From Akkermansia muciniphila (GTDB taxonomy: Bacteria; Verrucomicrobiota; Verrucomicrobiia; Limisphaerales; SIAT01): DNA of 64,000 bases. The stretch lies in assembly GCA_945860945.1 (NCBI GenBank), contig CAMASG010000002.1:19086-83085 (forward strand), read 5' to 3'. Both the position numbers and the translations under genes were made by a program. Within the stretch, counting starts at the first letter, position 1. The number at the start of each line of letters is the position of its first letter. A model generated the notes under the pieces. It saw only the letters and a list, made by a program, of their open reading frames with translations, searched no databases and had not been told where the DNA came from. Positions 46,155-54,754 of the stretch are shown in pieces.

Positions 46155-46784
46155 ATGGCAGTGAAGCAGGTCACGGTCATCGACCATCCGTTGGTGCAGG
46201 AAAAGCTCACGCGCCTGCGAGATAAACGTACGCCTTCGCCCGAGTTCCGCCGGCTGCTCGGCGAATTGGCCGTGCTGCTGGTTTTCGAAGCGACGCGCGA
46301 TTTGCGCCTTCGCCCCACACGTGTTCGCACACCGCTGGCCGTCGCTCGCGGACATCGCTTGAGGGACAATCTGCTGCTCGTGCCGGTCTTGCGCGCGGGT
46401 TTGGCGTTGGTCGAACCGCTGACGCGTTTGATTCCCGAGGCGCGTATCGGGTTCATCGGTTTGCGCCGCGATGAGCAGACGCTCCAGCCGGAAGCGTATC
46501 TGGAAAAGTTGCCGGCGGATTTGACCGACTGCGAAGTGCTGCTACTCGATCCGATGCTCGCCACCGGCGGAAGCGCTCTCGCCGCGCTGGAGATGCTCAC
46601 CGCTCGTGGCGCTCGTCGCATCCGTCTCGTGAACGTGCTTGCCGCGCCCGAAGGCGTTCGAAATATCCACGCCCGATTTCCGCGTGTCGCCATTTACACC
46701 GCCGCCTTGGATAAACGTCTGAACAAGCTCGGCTACATCGTGCCCGGTTTGGGCGATGCCGGCGACCGCGCGTTCGGCGTGTGA
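46155..46784 (+). CDS. upp: Uracil phosphoribosyltransferase
   Basis: PRPP-binding loop LLLDPMLATGGSA and C-terminal YIVPGLGDAGDR. Confidence 0.95.
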   Translation: MAVKQVTVIDHPLVQEKLTRLRDKRTPSPEFRRLLGELAVLLVFEATRDLRLRPTRVRTPLAVARGHRLRDNLLLVPVLRAGLALVEPLTRLIPEARIGFIGLRRDEQTLQPEAYLEKLPADLTDCEVLLLDPMLATGGSALAALEMLTARGARRIRLVNVLAAPEGVRNIHARFPRVAIYTAALDKRLNKLGYIVPGLGDAGDRAFGV

Positions 46785-46833
46785 ATTTCTTCTGCTTGCC
46801 AGCGACGCCGTACCTTCTTAGTTTCCGCGCGCA

Positions 46834-47964
46834 ATGCATCCCGACAATCTCCTGATCATCGCCGACAGCTATCAGGATGCGGACATGCTTTATGCCGTCG
46901 GCGTGTTTGTGCCCGACCCCTTCATCTATCTTCGGCTCGCTGGCAAATGCCACATCGTCGTGAGCGATCTTGAAATCGATCGAGCGAAGAAACAGGCGCC
47001 TCACTGCCGAGTGCTGTCGCTCAGCCGCTACGTGAAATTGCTCCGCAACAAGAACGGCACGAACCCCACGCTTCCCCAGGTCGCCGCGCAGATTCTCCGC
47101 GAGCGCCGCTTCCGTAAGATTTCTGTGCCGCCCAGTTTCCCGCTCGGTTACGCCCGTCAACTGCGCGATTGCGGCATCAAAGCGAAGGTGACTGATGGCG
47201 GCTGTTTTCCTCAGCGTGAAATTAAGACCGCCGACGAGGTGAAGAAACTCAGCGCCGCGCTGATGATGGCCGAGGTCGGAATGGCCGAGGGCATTCACGC
47301 AATCAAAGCCTGCAAAGTCGGGAAAGGACATCGGCTCTTTTACCGCAGCCTGCCGTTCACTTCCGAGAAACTGCGCTCCATCATCGATGTCGCCATCATT
47401 CAAGCTGGCGGCCTCGCCAGCCACACCATCGTGGCCGGCGGCAATCAAGGCTGTGATCCGCACGAGTGCGGGTACGGCCCACTCCGCGCGAACGAGCCGA
47501 TCATCCTCGACATCTTTCCGCGCTCGCAGAAGACCGGTTACTTTGGCGACATCACTCGCACCGTCGTCAAAGGCCGCGCCAACGAAGCCGTTCGGCGTCT
47601 TTATCACACCGTGGCGGAAGGGCAAGATCTCGGCATCGCGCAAATCCGCGCCGGCGCACTCGGCCGCGACGTGCATCACGCCGTCCTCGATCTCTTTGTG
47701 GAACGAGGTTTCAAAACCGGCAAACGCCGCGGTCGCATGGAAGGTTTTTTCCACGGCACTGGACACGGCCTCGGGTTGCAGATTCACGAATCTCCGCGCA
47801 TCAGTCCCGCCTCGACCGACACGCTCCGCACCGGCCACGTCGTGACTGTTGAGCCAGGCTTGTATTATCCCGGTATCGGCGGCATTCGCATCGAGGACGT
47901 CGTGATGGTCACCGCCAGCGGTTGCCGCAACCTGACAAAGTTCGAGAAGGTGCTCGAGGTCTGA
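46834..47964 (+). CDS. M24 family Xaa-Pro aminopeptidase
   Basis: Pita-bread fold metal ligands: DIFPR...GYFGDITRT, HGTGHGLGLQIHE and EPGLYYPGIGGIRIED. Confidence 0.85.
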   Translation: MHPDNLLIIADSYQDADMLYAVGVFVPDPFIYLRLAGKCHIVVSDLEIDRAKKQAPHCRVLSLSRYVKLLRNKNGTNPTLPQVAAQILRERRFRKISVPPSFPLGYARQLRDCGIKAKVTDGGCFPQREIKTADEVKKLSAALMMAEVGMAEGIHAIKACKVGKGHRLFYRSLPFTSEKLRSIIDVAIIQAGGLASHTIVAGGNQGCDPHECGYGPLRANEPIILDIFPRSQKTGYFGDITRTVVKGRANEAVRRLYHTVAEGQDLGIAQIRAGALGRDVHHAVLDLFVERGFKTGKRRGRMEGFFHGTGHGLGLQIHESPRISPASTDTLRTGHVVTVEPGLYYPGIGGIRIEDVVMVTASGCRNLTKFEKVLEV

Positions 47965-48116
47965 AGCGTTGTGTTTAGTGCCCCCGAGGGCGATTTAGGA
48001 TTTCGTCGGGGTTCTCACGCAAAAGTTTTTCAATCGGTTTGTGGACAAGAGCTTGATTTTTAGCCGATTGTTGGCACAAGTTTATCTGTGCCTCAGCGAG
48101 GTGCGAAGGATTACCG

Positions 48117-48818
48117 ATGTTTGCGATAATGATGCTGGATCAGTGGTGGTGGTTGATGTTGCCCGGCCTTCTGCTCGGCATCTACGCCCAGATCAAGCTG
48201 ACCTCCACTTACAACAAGTATCTCAAAGTCGAGAGTGCCGCGGGTAAGACTGGCGCGGAGGCAGCGCGGGAGATTCTCGACCAGAACGGCCTGCGCAACG
48301 TGCCGGTGTACGAACAAGGCGGTCAGCTCACCGACCATTACGACCCGACCAAGCGCGCGCTGGTCCTCTCGTCGGACAACTACCACGGCACCTCGCTCTC
48401 GGCCATTGGCGTCGCGGCGCACGAGGCCGGTCACGCTCTCCAGCACAAAGAGTCGTACATGTGGCTCACGCTGCGCATGAAAGTGGTTCCGGCCACGCAG
48501 TTCGCGAGTTGGGCGGTCTTCGGTATCGTTCTGCTGAGTATGTTTCTCGGAATGGCGTTCGCCAAAAAAGTCGCGCCATACGCCGTCGGCATCTTCGCTG
48601 TTATCGCCTTTTTTCAACTCATCACATTGCCGGTCGAATTCGACGCCAGCGACCGCGCGAAGGTGCAGTTGAAGAAGCTCGGGCTGGTTCGCGACACGGA
48701 AATCGCCGGCGTGAGCAAAGTGCTTGGCGCGGCCGCGCTCACTTACGTCGCCGCGATGATCTCGTCCGTGATGGAGTTGCTCCACTGGGTTCTTATCTCC
48801 CGCAGCGGCGATGATTAG
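48117..48818 (+). CDS. Membrane zinc metallopeptidase (Zn_peptidase_2-like)
   Basis: TM helices flank HEAGHALQH (HExxH). Confidence 0.8.
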   Translation: MFAIMMLDQWWWLMLPGLLLGIYAQIKLTSTYNKYLKVESAAGKTGAEAAREILDQNGLRNVPVYEQGGQLTDHYDPTKRALVLSSDNYHGTSLSAIGVAAHEAGHALQHKESYMWLTLRMKVVPATQFASWAVFGIVLLSMFLGMAFAKKVAPYAVGIFAVIAFFQLITLPVEFDASDRAKVQLKKLGLVRDTEIAGVSKVLGAAALTYVAAMISSVMELLHWVLISRSGDD

Positions 48819-48914
48819 CTGAGCGCCGCACAGCGCGGTGGTTGATAATTTCCGGCGGCGCCAATGAACGCGCCGCCGCGAGTCGTGCCAGTCGTTCTAC
48901 AACCAATCCGAACT

Positions 48915-50054
48915 ATGGCCAATAAAACCAAACCCGCCGCCCGCACCTCCGCGCCCAAGTCCGCCGTCAAAAGGTCTGTCGTCAAGAAGCTTGCCAAACC
49001 TGCTCCACAAGCCAAGCGCGTGGCCGTCGTCGCCACGGCGAAGCTGAGTAAACCAGCCAAGCCGGCCGAAGCTGTGGCGTCCGCCAAACTGAAGAAGCCC
49101 GCCAAGCTGGAGAAGAAATCGAAAGGCGTGAATGGGGTCGTTCCAGTGATTGTCCCGCGCGATTTTGAGACCGAGCTGAAGCCTGTGGTTGTTCGTCCGC
49201 ATCCCGCAGATGCGGGTGCGCGGCAACCGTACGACGGCGACACGGCCATCAAGCTCTACCTGCGCGAAATCGCCCAGACCGCGCTGATCACGGTTCAAGA
49301 TGAGATTGACCTCGCCGCTCGCATCAAACGCGGAGACCTCGCCGCCGCCGAGCATATGATTAAGGCCAACCTCCGTTTCGTGGTGAAGATTGGACGCGAC
49401 TACGAGGGGCTCGGCCTTCCTCTGCTCGACCTCATCAACGAAGGCAACATCGGCTTGATGAAAGCCGTCGCGCGTTTCGACCCCGCGAAGGGCGGCAAGC
49501 TTTCCACTTACGCCGCGTGGTGGATCAAGCAATCCATCAAGCGCGCCCTAGCGAACCAGTCCAAGACCATCCGCTTGCCGGTGCATCTCGTGGACAAGAT
49601 TTCCAAGATGCGCCACGCCGCGATGAGGTTGCAGGAAGAGTTCGGCCGCGAACCGACGGACGACGAGTTGGCGCACGAATTGGGGATGACTTCCGCGCGC
49701 GTCAGCCAGCTTCGTAGTGCGGCTATTCGGCCCGCGTCGCTCGATGCGCCCGTGGGCGATGATGATAATTCCGACACGCTCGGAGATCTCGTCGAGGACA
49801 CGCACGCGCACACGCCGTATCAGGATCTCGAGGAGAAGACCGTCACCGCGATGCTGCGCGAAATGGTCGCCACGCTCAGCCTGCGCGAGGAGGAGATTCT
49901 TCGCTTTCGGTTCGGTCTCGACGGCGGCATTGAGAAGACGCTCGAGGATGTCGGTGAGCGGTTCGGTGTCACACGCGAGCGTGTGCGGCAAATCCAGAAC
50001 ATCGCCCTACTGCGCCTGCGCAAAATGATTGAGCGCGTCGAGCGAGTGAAATAG
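48915..50054 (+). CDS. rpoD: RNA polymerase sigma-70 family factor (RpoD-like) with a basic N-terminal tail
   Basis: Regions 1.2-4.2 are recognisable: IKLYLREI, NLRFVVKIGRDY, LDLINEGNIGLMKAVARFD, STYAAWWIKQSI, LEDVGERFGVTRERVRQIQ. The start could be ATG 48915 or ATG 48864. Confidence 0.9.
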   Translation: MANKTKPAARTSAPKSAVKRSVVKKLAKPAPQAKRVAVVATAKLSKPAKPAEAVASAKLKKPAKLEKKSKGVNGVVPVIVPRDFETELKPVVVRPHPADAGARQPYDGDTAIKLYLREIAQTALITVQDEIDLAARIKRGDLAAAEHMIKANLRFVVKIGRDYEGLGLPLLDLINEGNIGLMKAVARFDPAKGGKLSTYAAWWIKQSIKRALANQSKTIRLPVHLVDKISKMRHAAMRLQEEFGREPTDDELAHELGMTSARVSQLRSAAIRPASLDAPVGDDDNSDTLGDLVEDTHAHTPYQDLEEKTVTAMLREMVATLSLREEEILRFRFGLDGGIEKTLEDVGERFGVTRERVRQIQNIALLRLRKMIERVERVK

Positions 50055-50067
50055 TAACGCCGCCCGC

Positions 50068-50601
50068 ATGAGCCACGCTGTCACCGCTGCCGATCTTCGG
50101 AACGCCGTCCGCAACGTGCCTGATTTTCCGAAGCCCGGCATCCAATTCAAGGACATCACGCCCGTCCTCGCCGACGCGCGACTCTTCGCCGGTGCGATTG
50201 ATTTGATGACCGACGGCTACGCGCCCGGCTCCGTGGACGTCGTTGTCGGTATCGACGCGCGGGGCTTCATCTTCGCCGCCGCCGCCGCTCAAAAGCTTAA
50301 GTGCGGTTTTGTGCCGGTGCGTAAGGCGGGCAAACTCCCTTACCAAACTATCGAGCAGAGCTACGACCTCGAGTATGGTTCCAACACCGTGGCGATGCAC
50401 GTGGACGCCGTGAAACCGGGCGCGCGCGTGCTGCTGCTCGACGACCTGCTCGCCACCGGCGGCACTTCTGCTGCGGCCCTCGCGCTGTTGCAGAAACTCG
50501 GCGCGAACGTCCTCGAAGCCCGTTTCCTCATCGAGCTGAAGTTCCTCGATGGCCGCGCCAATCTCCCCGGCGTCCCCGTCCATTCGCTCATCGCCTACTG
50601 A
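50068..50601 (+). CDS. apt: Adenine phosphoribosyltransferase
   Basis: FPKPGIQFKDITP and PRPP loop VLLLDDLLATGGT. Confidence 0.95.
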   Translation: MSHAVTAADLRNAVRNVPDFPKPGIQFKDITPVLADARLFAGAIDLMTDGYAPGSVDVVVGIDARGFIFAAAAAQKLKCGFVPVRKAGKLPYQTIEQSYDLEYGSNTVAMHVDAVKPGARVLLLDDLLATGGTSAAALALLQKLGANVLEARFLIELKFLDGRANLPGVPVHSLIAY

Positions 50602-50669
50602 ACATCTGCACGGTTTGTGCTTGTGGCGGCTTGTAACGTCCGCTCGCTTCCGGCAACCTCGCGCGCGTA

Positions 50670-52886
50670 ATGGATTGGCTCCAAGCCCTCGACGTCGCCC
50701 TTTTCCGGATCGCCAATTCGGCCTGCGCCAACGCTTTCTTCGATTGCCTCATGCCCATTCTGAGCGACGACAAGTTCTTCTTCCCGTTCATTGGAATCGG
50801 TGCAATCGGCCTGCTCTGGAAAGGCGCGCGTCGCGGCCGCGTACTCGTCTGCCTGCTCCTGCTCGGCGTTCTCGGCGACGTGCTCATCTGCGACAACATC
50901 AAGAAAAGCGTTGCTCGCCAACGCCCTTTCGCTGCCATCGGTTCGGTGCGGCAGAAGAATTATCAAAAGCCCGGTTACACCATGACGCCCGCCGAAGTGG
51001 CCAAACCGCCGAGTGAAGGATTTGCGCGCCGCAGCATGCCGAGTGGGCACGCCTTCAATTCCTTCTGCGCCGCGATGCTTGTCCTACTCTTTTATCGCCG
51101 CGCTGGCTGGTGTCTCCTCGTCTTCGCCGCCGGCGTCGCCTTCTCTCGCGTTTACAACGGCGTGCATTTTCCGAGCGACGTAATCGCTGGCGGCCTGCTC
51201 GGCGCCGGCTACGCAATCGCGATCACCGTCGGCCTCGACTGGCTTTGGCGGACGCTTGGCGCGAAGTGTTTTCCGCTCTGGTGGCCTCGGTTTCCTTCGT
51301 TACTGAATCCCGATGCGAAGAGCGAACCGCCCAGTGAACAAAAGTCAGTCACCGTCCAGCAGCACTGGGTGCGACTCGGGTATCTGCTCATCGCGCTCAT
51401 CTTTTGCGTGCGAATCGCCTACATCGGCAGCGACACCATCGAGTTGAGCGAGGACGAGGCGTACCAATGGCATTGGGCCAAGCACCCCGCGCTTTCCTAC
51501 TTCAGCAAACCGCCGATGATTGCTTACGCGCAAGGCCTCGGCACTGCGATTGCAGGCGACAGCACCTTTGGGGTTCGCTTTCTCTCGCCGGTCATTGGCG
51601 CACTTCTCCAGATTCTGCTGCTCCGTTTTCTGGCGCGCGAAGCCACGGCCCGCGCCGGCTTCTGGCTCATCGCCATCGTTATCGCGACCCCCCTGCTGGC
51701 GGTCGGTTCCACGCTGATGGTCGTGGATTCTGTCACCGTCCTTTTCTGCACGCTCGCGATGCTCTCCGGTTGGCGGGCAGTGAAAGAGGATTCCACCAAA
51801 CATTGGCTCCTCACCGGCCTCTGGATGGCGCTGGGGTTCCTGAGCAAATACATCACGCCGTTCCAAGTGCTCGGTTGGGTGATCTTCTTCGGATTGTGGA
51901 AACCCGCGCGCGCGCAACTCCGCCGCCCCGGTCCGTGGCTCGCGCTTGGGATCGCCTCGCTCGGCGCTGTGCCGGTGCTGCTTTGGAATCAACAACACGA
52001 CTGGATTGCGCTCCGTCACAATGTCGAACGTGCCGGCCTCGCGCACGAATGGCGTTTCAATCCGAACTTCGCCGTGGACTTCATCGTCGCCGAGTTCGGG
52101 CTCCTCAATCCCATCTTCTGTGTCGCGGCCATCTGGGCCGTCGTCGCCACGCTGCGCCGTTATCGCCATGACCCGCTCCGGCTTTTTCTGCTCAGTATGA
52201 GCGTGCCGATCTTCGTCATTTATTTGCTCTGGACGCTCCGCGCGCGCGTTCACCCGAACTGGCCTGCGCCTGCGATCCTGCCGCTGTTCGCGCTGATGGC
52301 GTTGCATTGGGAAAACCGCTCGCGCGAAACGGCGAGCCTCGCAATCAAGCGCTGGATGGGCGCGGGCGTTGCGCTCGGGATTGTCGTCGTGGTTTTCCTT
52401 CACGACACCGGACTCATCACGAAGCTCACCGGCAAAACGATTCCGCATCAGAAAGACCCGCTCGCGCGCACACGCGGCTGGTCGGTCGCGGCGCAGATTG
52501 TCGAGACCGAGCGGCAAAAGCTTGCCGACGTTTCCGGCGGCGTTGATGCCTTTGTTATCGGCGCTCATTACGGCATCACCGCCGAGATTTCATTCTACAT
52601 CCCCGAGTCGCGACGGAGAGTCGCCGCCGGCGAGGAGGCACTGGTTTTTTATCAATCGAGCGACCACCCTGAAAACCAGTTCTACTTCTGGCCAGGTTAC
52701 ACGCAGCGCAAAGGCGACTCCGCGATTTACGTGCACATCGTGAAGAGCAACGGGAAGCCCGGCCCGCCGCCGGATCGGCTCGTGAAGCAGTTCGGCGCCG
52801 TCACCGATCTCGGCACACGCGAGGTCGTCGCCGGCGGCAAAGTCGTTCGCACACTTCAACTCTTCGCCTGCCACGATTTACGCTGA
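50670..52886 (+). CDS. Fusion protein: PAP2 lipid phosphatase + GT-C (GT39/ArnT-like) glycosyltransferase
   Basis: All three PAP2 motifs are present: KKSVARQRP, PSGH and SRVYNGVHFPSDV. These are followed by about 500 aa of polytopic GT-C-like sequence with an early-loop acidic motif LSEDEAYQWHW. Confidence 0.8.
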   Translation: MDWLQALDVALFRIANSACANAFFDCLMPILSDDKFFFPFIGIGAIGLLWKGARRGRVLVCLLLLGVLGDVLICDNIKKSVARQRPFAAIGSVRQKNYQKPGYTMTPAEVAKPPSEGFARRSMPSGHAFNSFCAAMLVLLFYRRAGWCLLVFAAGVAFSRVYNGVHFPSDVIAGGLLGAGYAIAITVGLDWLWRTLGAKCFPLWWPRFPSLLNPDAKSEPPSEQKSVTVQQHWVRLGYLLIALIFCVRIAYIGSDTIELSEDEAYQWHWAKHPALSYFSKPPMIAYAQGLGTAIAGDSTFGVRFLSPVIGALLQILLLRFLAREATARAGFWLIAIVIATPLLAVGSTLMVVDSVTVLFCTLAMLSGWRAVKEDSTKHWLLTGLWMALGFLSKYITPFQVLGWVIFFGLWKPARAQLRRPGPWLALGIASLGAVPVLLWNQQHDWIALRHNVERAGLAHEWRFNPNFAVDFIVAEFGLLNPIFCVAAIWAVVATLRRYRHDPLRLFLLSMSVPIFVIYLLWTLRARVHPNWPAPAILPLFALMALHWENRSRETASLAIKRWMGAGVALGIVVVVFLHDTGLITKLTGKTIPHQKDPLARTRGWSVAAQIVETERQKLADVSGGVDAFVIGAHYGITAEISFYIPESRRRVAAGEEALVFYQSSDHPENQFYFWPGYTQRKGDSAIYVHIVKSNGKPGPPPDRLVKQFGAVTDLGTREVVAGGKVVRTLQLFACHDLR

Positions 52887-53770
52887 TGTTCGAGCTTGGT
52901 TTCCAACACCGTTTCGCTGTTCGAGATTACGATCTCGCCGCGACGCTTGGCTGCGGTCAGGCCTTCCGCTGGCAACAGGTGGGCGATGCGTGGGAAGGGG
53001 TCGTGGCCGGACGCTGGGTGAGTCTGCGCCAACCCGATACCGATTCGATTCTCGCCACCGCCGCCGCGCCTCAAACGGATTGGGAATGGCTTGCCGATTA
53101 TCTACAAACGGAAGTCGAGTTGCCCATCGTGCTCGCGACGTTTCCCGATGACGAACCGATGCGCGCCGCCGTGGCGCATTGCCGCGGCCTGCGTCTGTTG
53201 CGTCAGGAACCGTGGGAATGTCTCGTCTCGTTCATCTGTTCCTCGACGAAGCAGATCGTGCAGATCCGGCAGATCATCGCGCTGCTCAGCGAGCATTTTG
53301 GTGAAGCCGTCGCCGTCCCGAGCGGTCACGCGCCCGCCTTCGCTTTTCCATCGCCGGACCGCCTCGCCGCTGCGAGCGAAGTCCAACTGCGCGCGTGCAA
53401 GATGGGTTTTCGCGCGCCGTATGTGCGCCACGCCGCGCAACAAATCGTCAGTGGCGGCCTACGTCTTGTCGATTTGCACGCGCATTCCTGCGCGGTGGCG
53501 CGCGACGAGTTGCAGCAACTCAACGGGGTCGGTCGCAAAATCGCCGATTGCGTGCTGCTGTTCGCGTATGGTTTTCAGAAAGCGTTCCCCGTGGATGTCT
53601 GGGTGATGAAAGCGCTGCGGCAGCTCTACTTTCCGCGCCGTCGTCCCACACCGCACCGGCTCCGCAGTTTCTCCGAGACCCACTTCGGCCCGAACGCCGG
53701 CTACGCGCAGCAATATCTTTTCCACTACATGCGCACCCGCCCGCGCAGTAAGCCGCGCGGCAAGAAATGA
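52886..53770 (+). CDS. ogg: 8-oxoguanine DNA glycosylase (HhH-GPD family)
   Basis: HhH-GPD region LQQLNGVGRKIADCVLLFAY...FPVDVWV. TGATG junction with the upstream gene. Confidence 0.75.
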   Translation: MFELGFQHRFAVRDYDLAATLGCGQAFRWQQVGDAWEGVVAGRWVSLRQPDTDSILATAAAPQTDWEWLADYLQTEVELPIVLATFPDDEPMRAAVAHCRGLRLLRQEPWECLVSFICSSTKQIVQIRQIIALLSEHFGEAVAVPSGHAPAFAFPSPDRLAAASEVQLRACKMGFRAPYVRHAAQQIVSGGLRLVDLHAHSCAVARDELQQLNGVGRKIADCVLLFAYGFQKAFPVDVWVMKALRQLYFPRRRPTPHRLRSFSETHFGPNAGYAQQYLFHYMRTRPRSKPRGKK

Positions 53771-54540
53771 ACGCCCCCACGACAACATCGCTGGAAGTTC
53801 TGTTCACACCGGCCGAGTTCGAGGCGCTTTCATCGCGCGATCTTTCGGGCACGACCTGCGTTGTGTTCGACGTGCTCCGCGCCACAAGTTCGATGATCAC
53901 GGCGCTGGCCAACGGCGCCGAGGCGATCCTCCCCGCGGCCGATATTCCCGAGGCGCTGGAGATCCATCGGCAACGGCCGGAAGTGCTTTTGGCGGGCGAG
54001 CGAGAAGGTCTTCGGATCGGCAGGGAACTCACCGGCAGCGTCGCTTTCGACCTCGGCAATTCACCCCGCGAGTTCACCGCGGAAAGGGTGGCCGCCCGGA
54101 CTATCGCGATGACCACCACCAACGGCACGCGCGCACTCAAGGCCTGCGCGAACGCCCGCACCGTGCTGATTGGCGCGTTCCTGAATCTCGGCGCTCTCAC
54201 GGCGTGGATTGACCGCGAGCGCCCTAGCCGCCTCCTCCTCGTCTGCAGCGGCACCCGCGAAGAAGCATCGTACGAGGACACGCTCGGCGCCGGCGCCCTG
54301 TGCGCCGCCGTGTGGAGTTCCTACGCTTCAGGGCACGTGGCTGATTCCGCCCAGATCGCCCGCGAGATTTACCTTGCTGCCAAGGGTGACCTGCTCGCGG
54401 CCGCCGGTCGCCACGCCCGTAACGCGCGCCGACTGCTGGAGATCCCCGAACTTCGGGACGATGTGGTCTTCTGCCTGCGACCCGACGCCTATCCCATCCT
54501 TGCCTCGATGGGGAAAGACGGTCGCGTGCGGTGTGGCTAA
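53767..54540 (+). CDS. comB: 2-phosphosulfolactate phosphatase family protein (ComB-like)
   Basis: VVFDVLRATSSMITALANGA and MTTTNGTRAL are typical of the ComB family. ATGA junction with ogg. Confidence 0.7.
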   Translation: MNAPTTTSLEVLFTPAEFEALSSRDLSGTTCVVFDVLRATSSMITALANGAEAILPAADIPEALEIHRQRPEVLLAGEREGLRIGRELTGSVAFDLGNSPREFTAERVAARTIAMTTTNGTRALKACANARTVLIGAFLNLGALTAWIDRERPSRLLLVCSGTREEASYEDTLGAGALCAAVWSSYASGHVADSAQIAREIYLAAKGDLLAAAGRHARNARRLLEIPELRDDVVFCLRPDAYPILASMGKDGRVRCG

Positions 54541-54615
54541 GGTTTTCGCCTTAAACCGGCTGAAAACAAGGGCAATGAAGCTCAGCCAACGCCAATCGCA
54601 CACAAGACACAACTC

Positions 54616-54715
54616 GGAACACGAGTCTTCCTAGATGGAACTAGAATGTTCTTAGGCGGAACATGATAGTTCCGATTAGGAGCGGACGCGTTCCGACTTG
54701 GAACCTGCAAGTTCC
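54616..54715. repeat. Array of five GGAAC-N6-GTTCC palindromes with an exact 21-bp period
   Basis: Read directly: GGAACacgagtCTTCC (54616), GGAACtagaatGTTCT (54637), GGAACatgataGTTCC (54658), GGAGCggacgcGTTCC (54679), GGAACctgcaaGTTCC (54700). The cores and 5-nt linkers are not conserved. Confidence 0.9.
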
Positions 54716-54754
54716 GCGTCATCTCACGCATCCGCAGGGTGCAACATCATCAGT

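Noticed and set aside
48071-48086. TTGGCAC-N5-TATCT as a possible sigma-54 promoter.
   Set aside because: The -12 element (TTGC) is absent. The sequence is better described as the left arm of the GGCACA-N8-TGTGCC inverted repeat.
54542-54567. Hairpin GTTTTCGCC-ttaaacc-GGCtGAAAAC immediately after the ComB-like stop; possible terminator.
   Set aside because: The stem is AT-rich with a bulge and no U-tract follows (aagggcaatg). The evidence is too weak to call it a terminator. It may still be part of the unusual 54541-54755 region.
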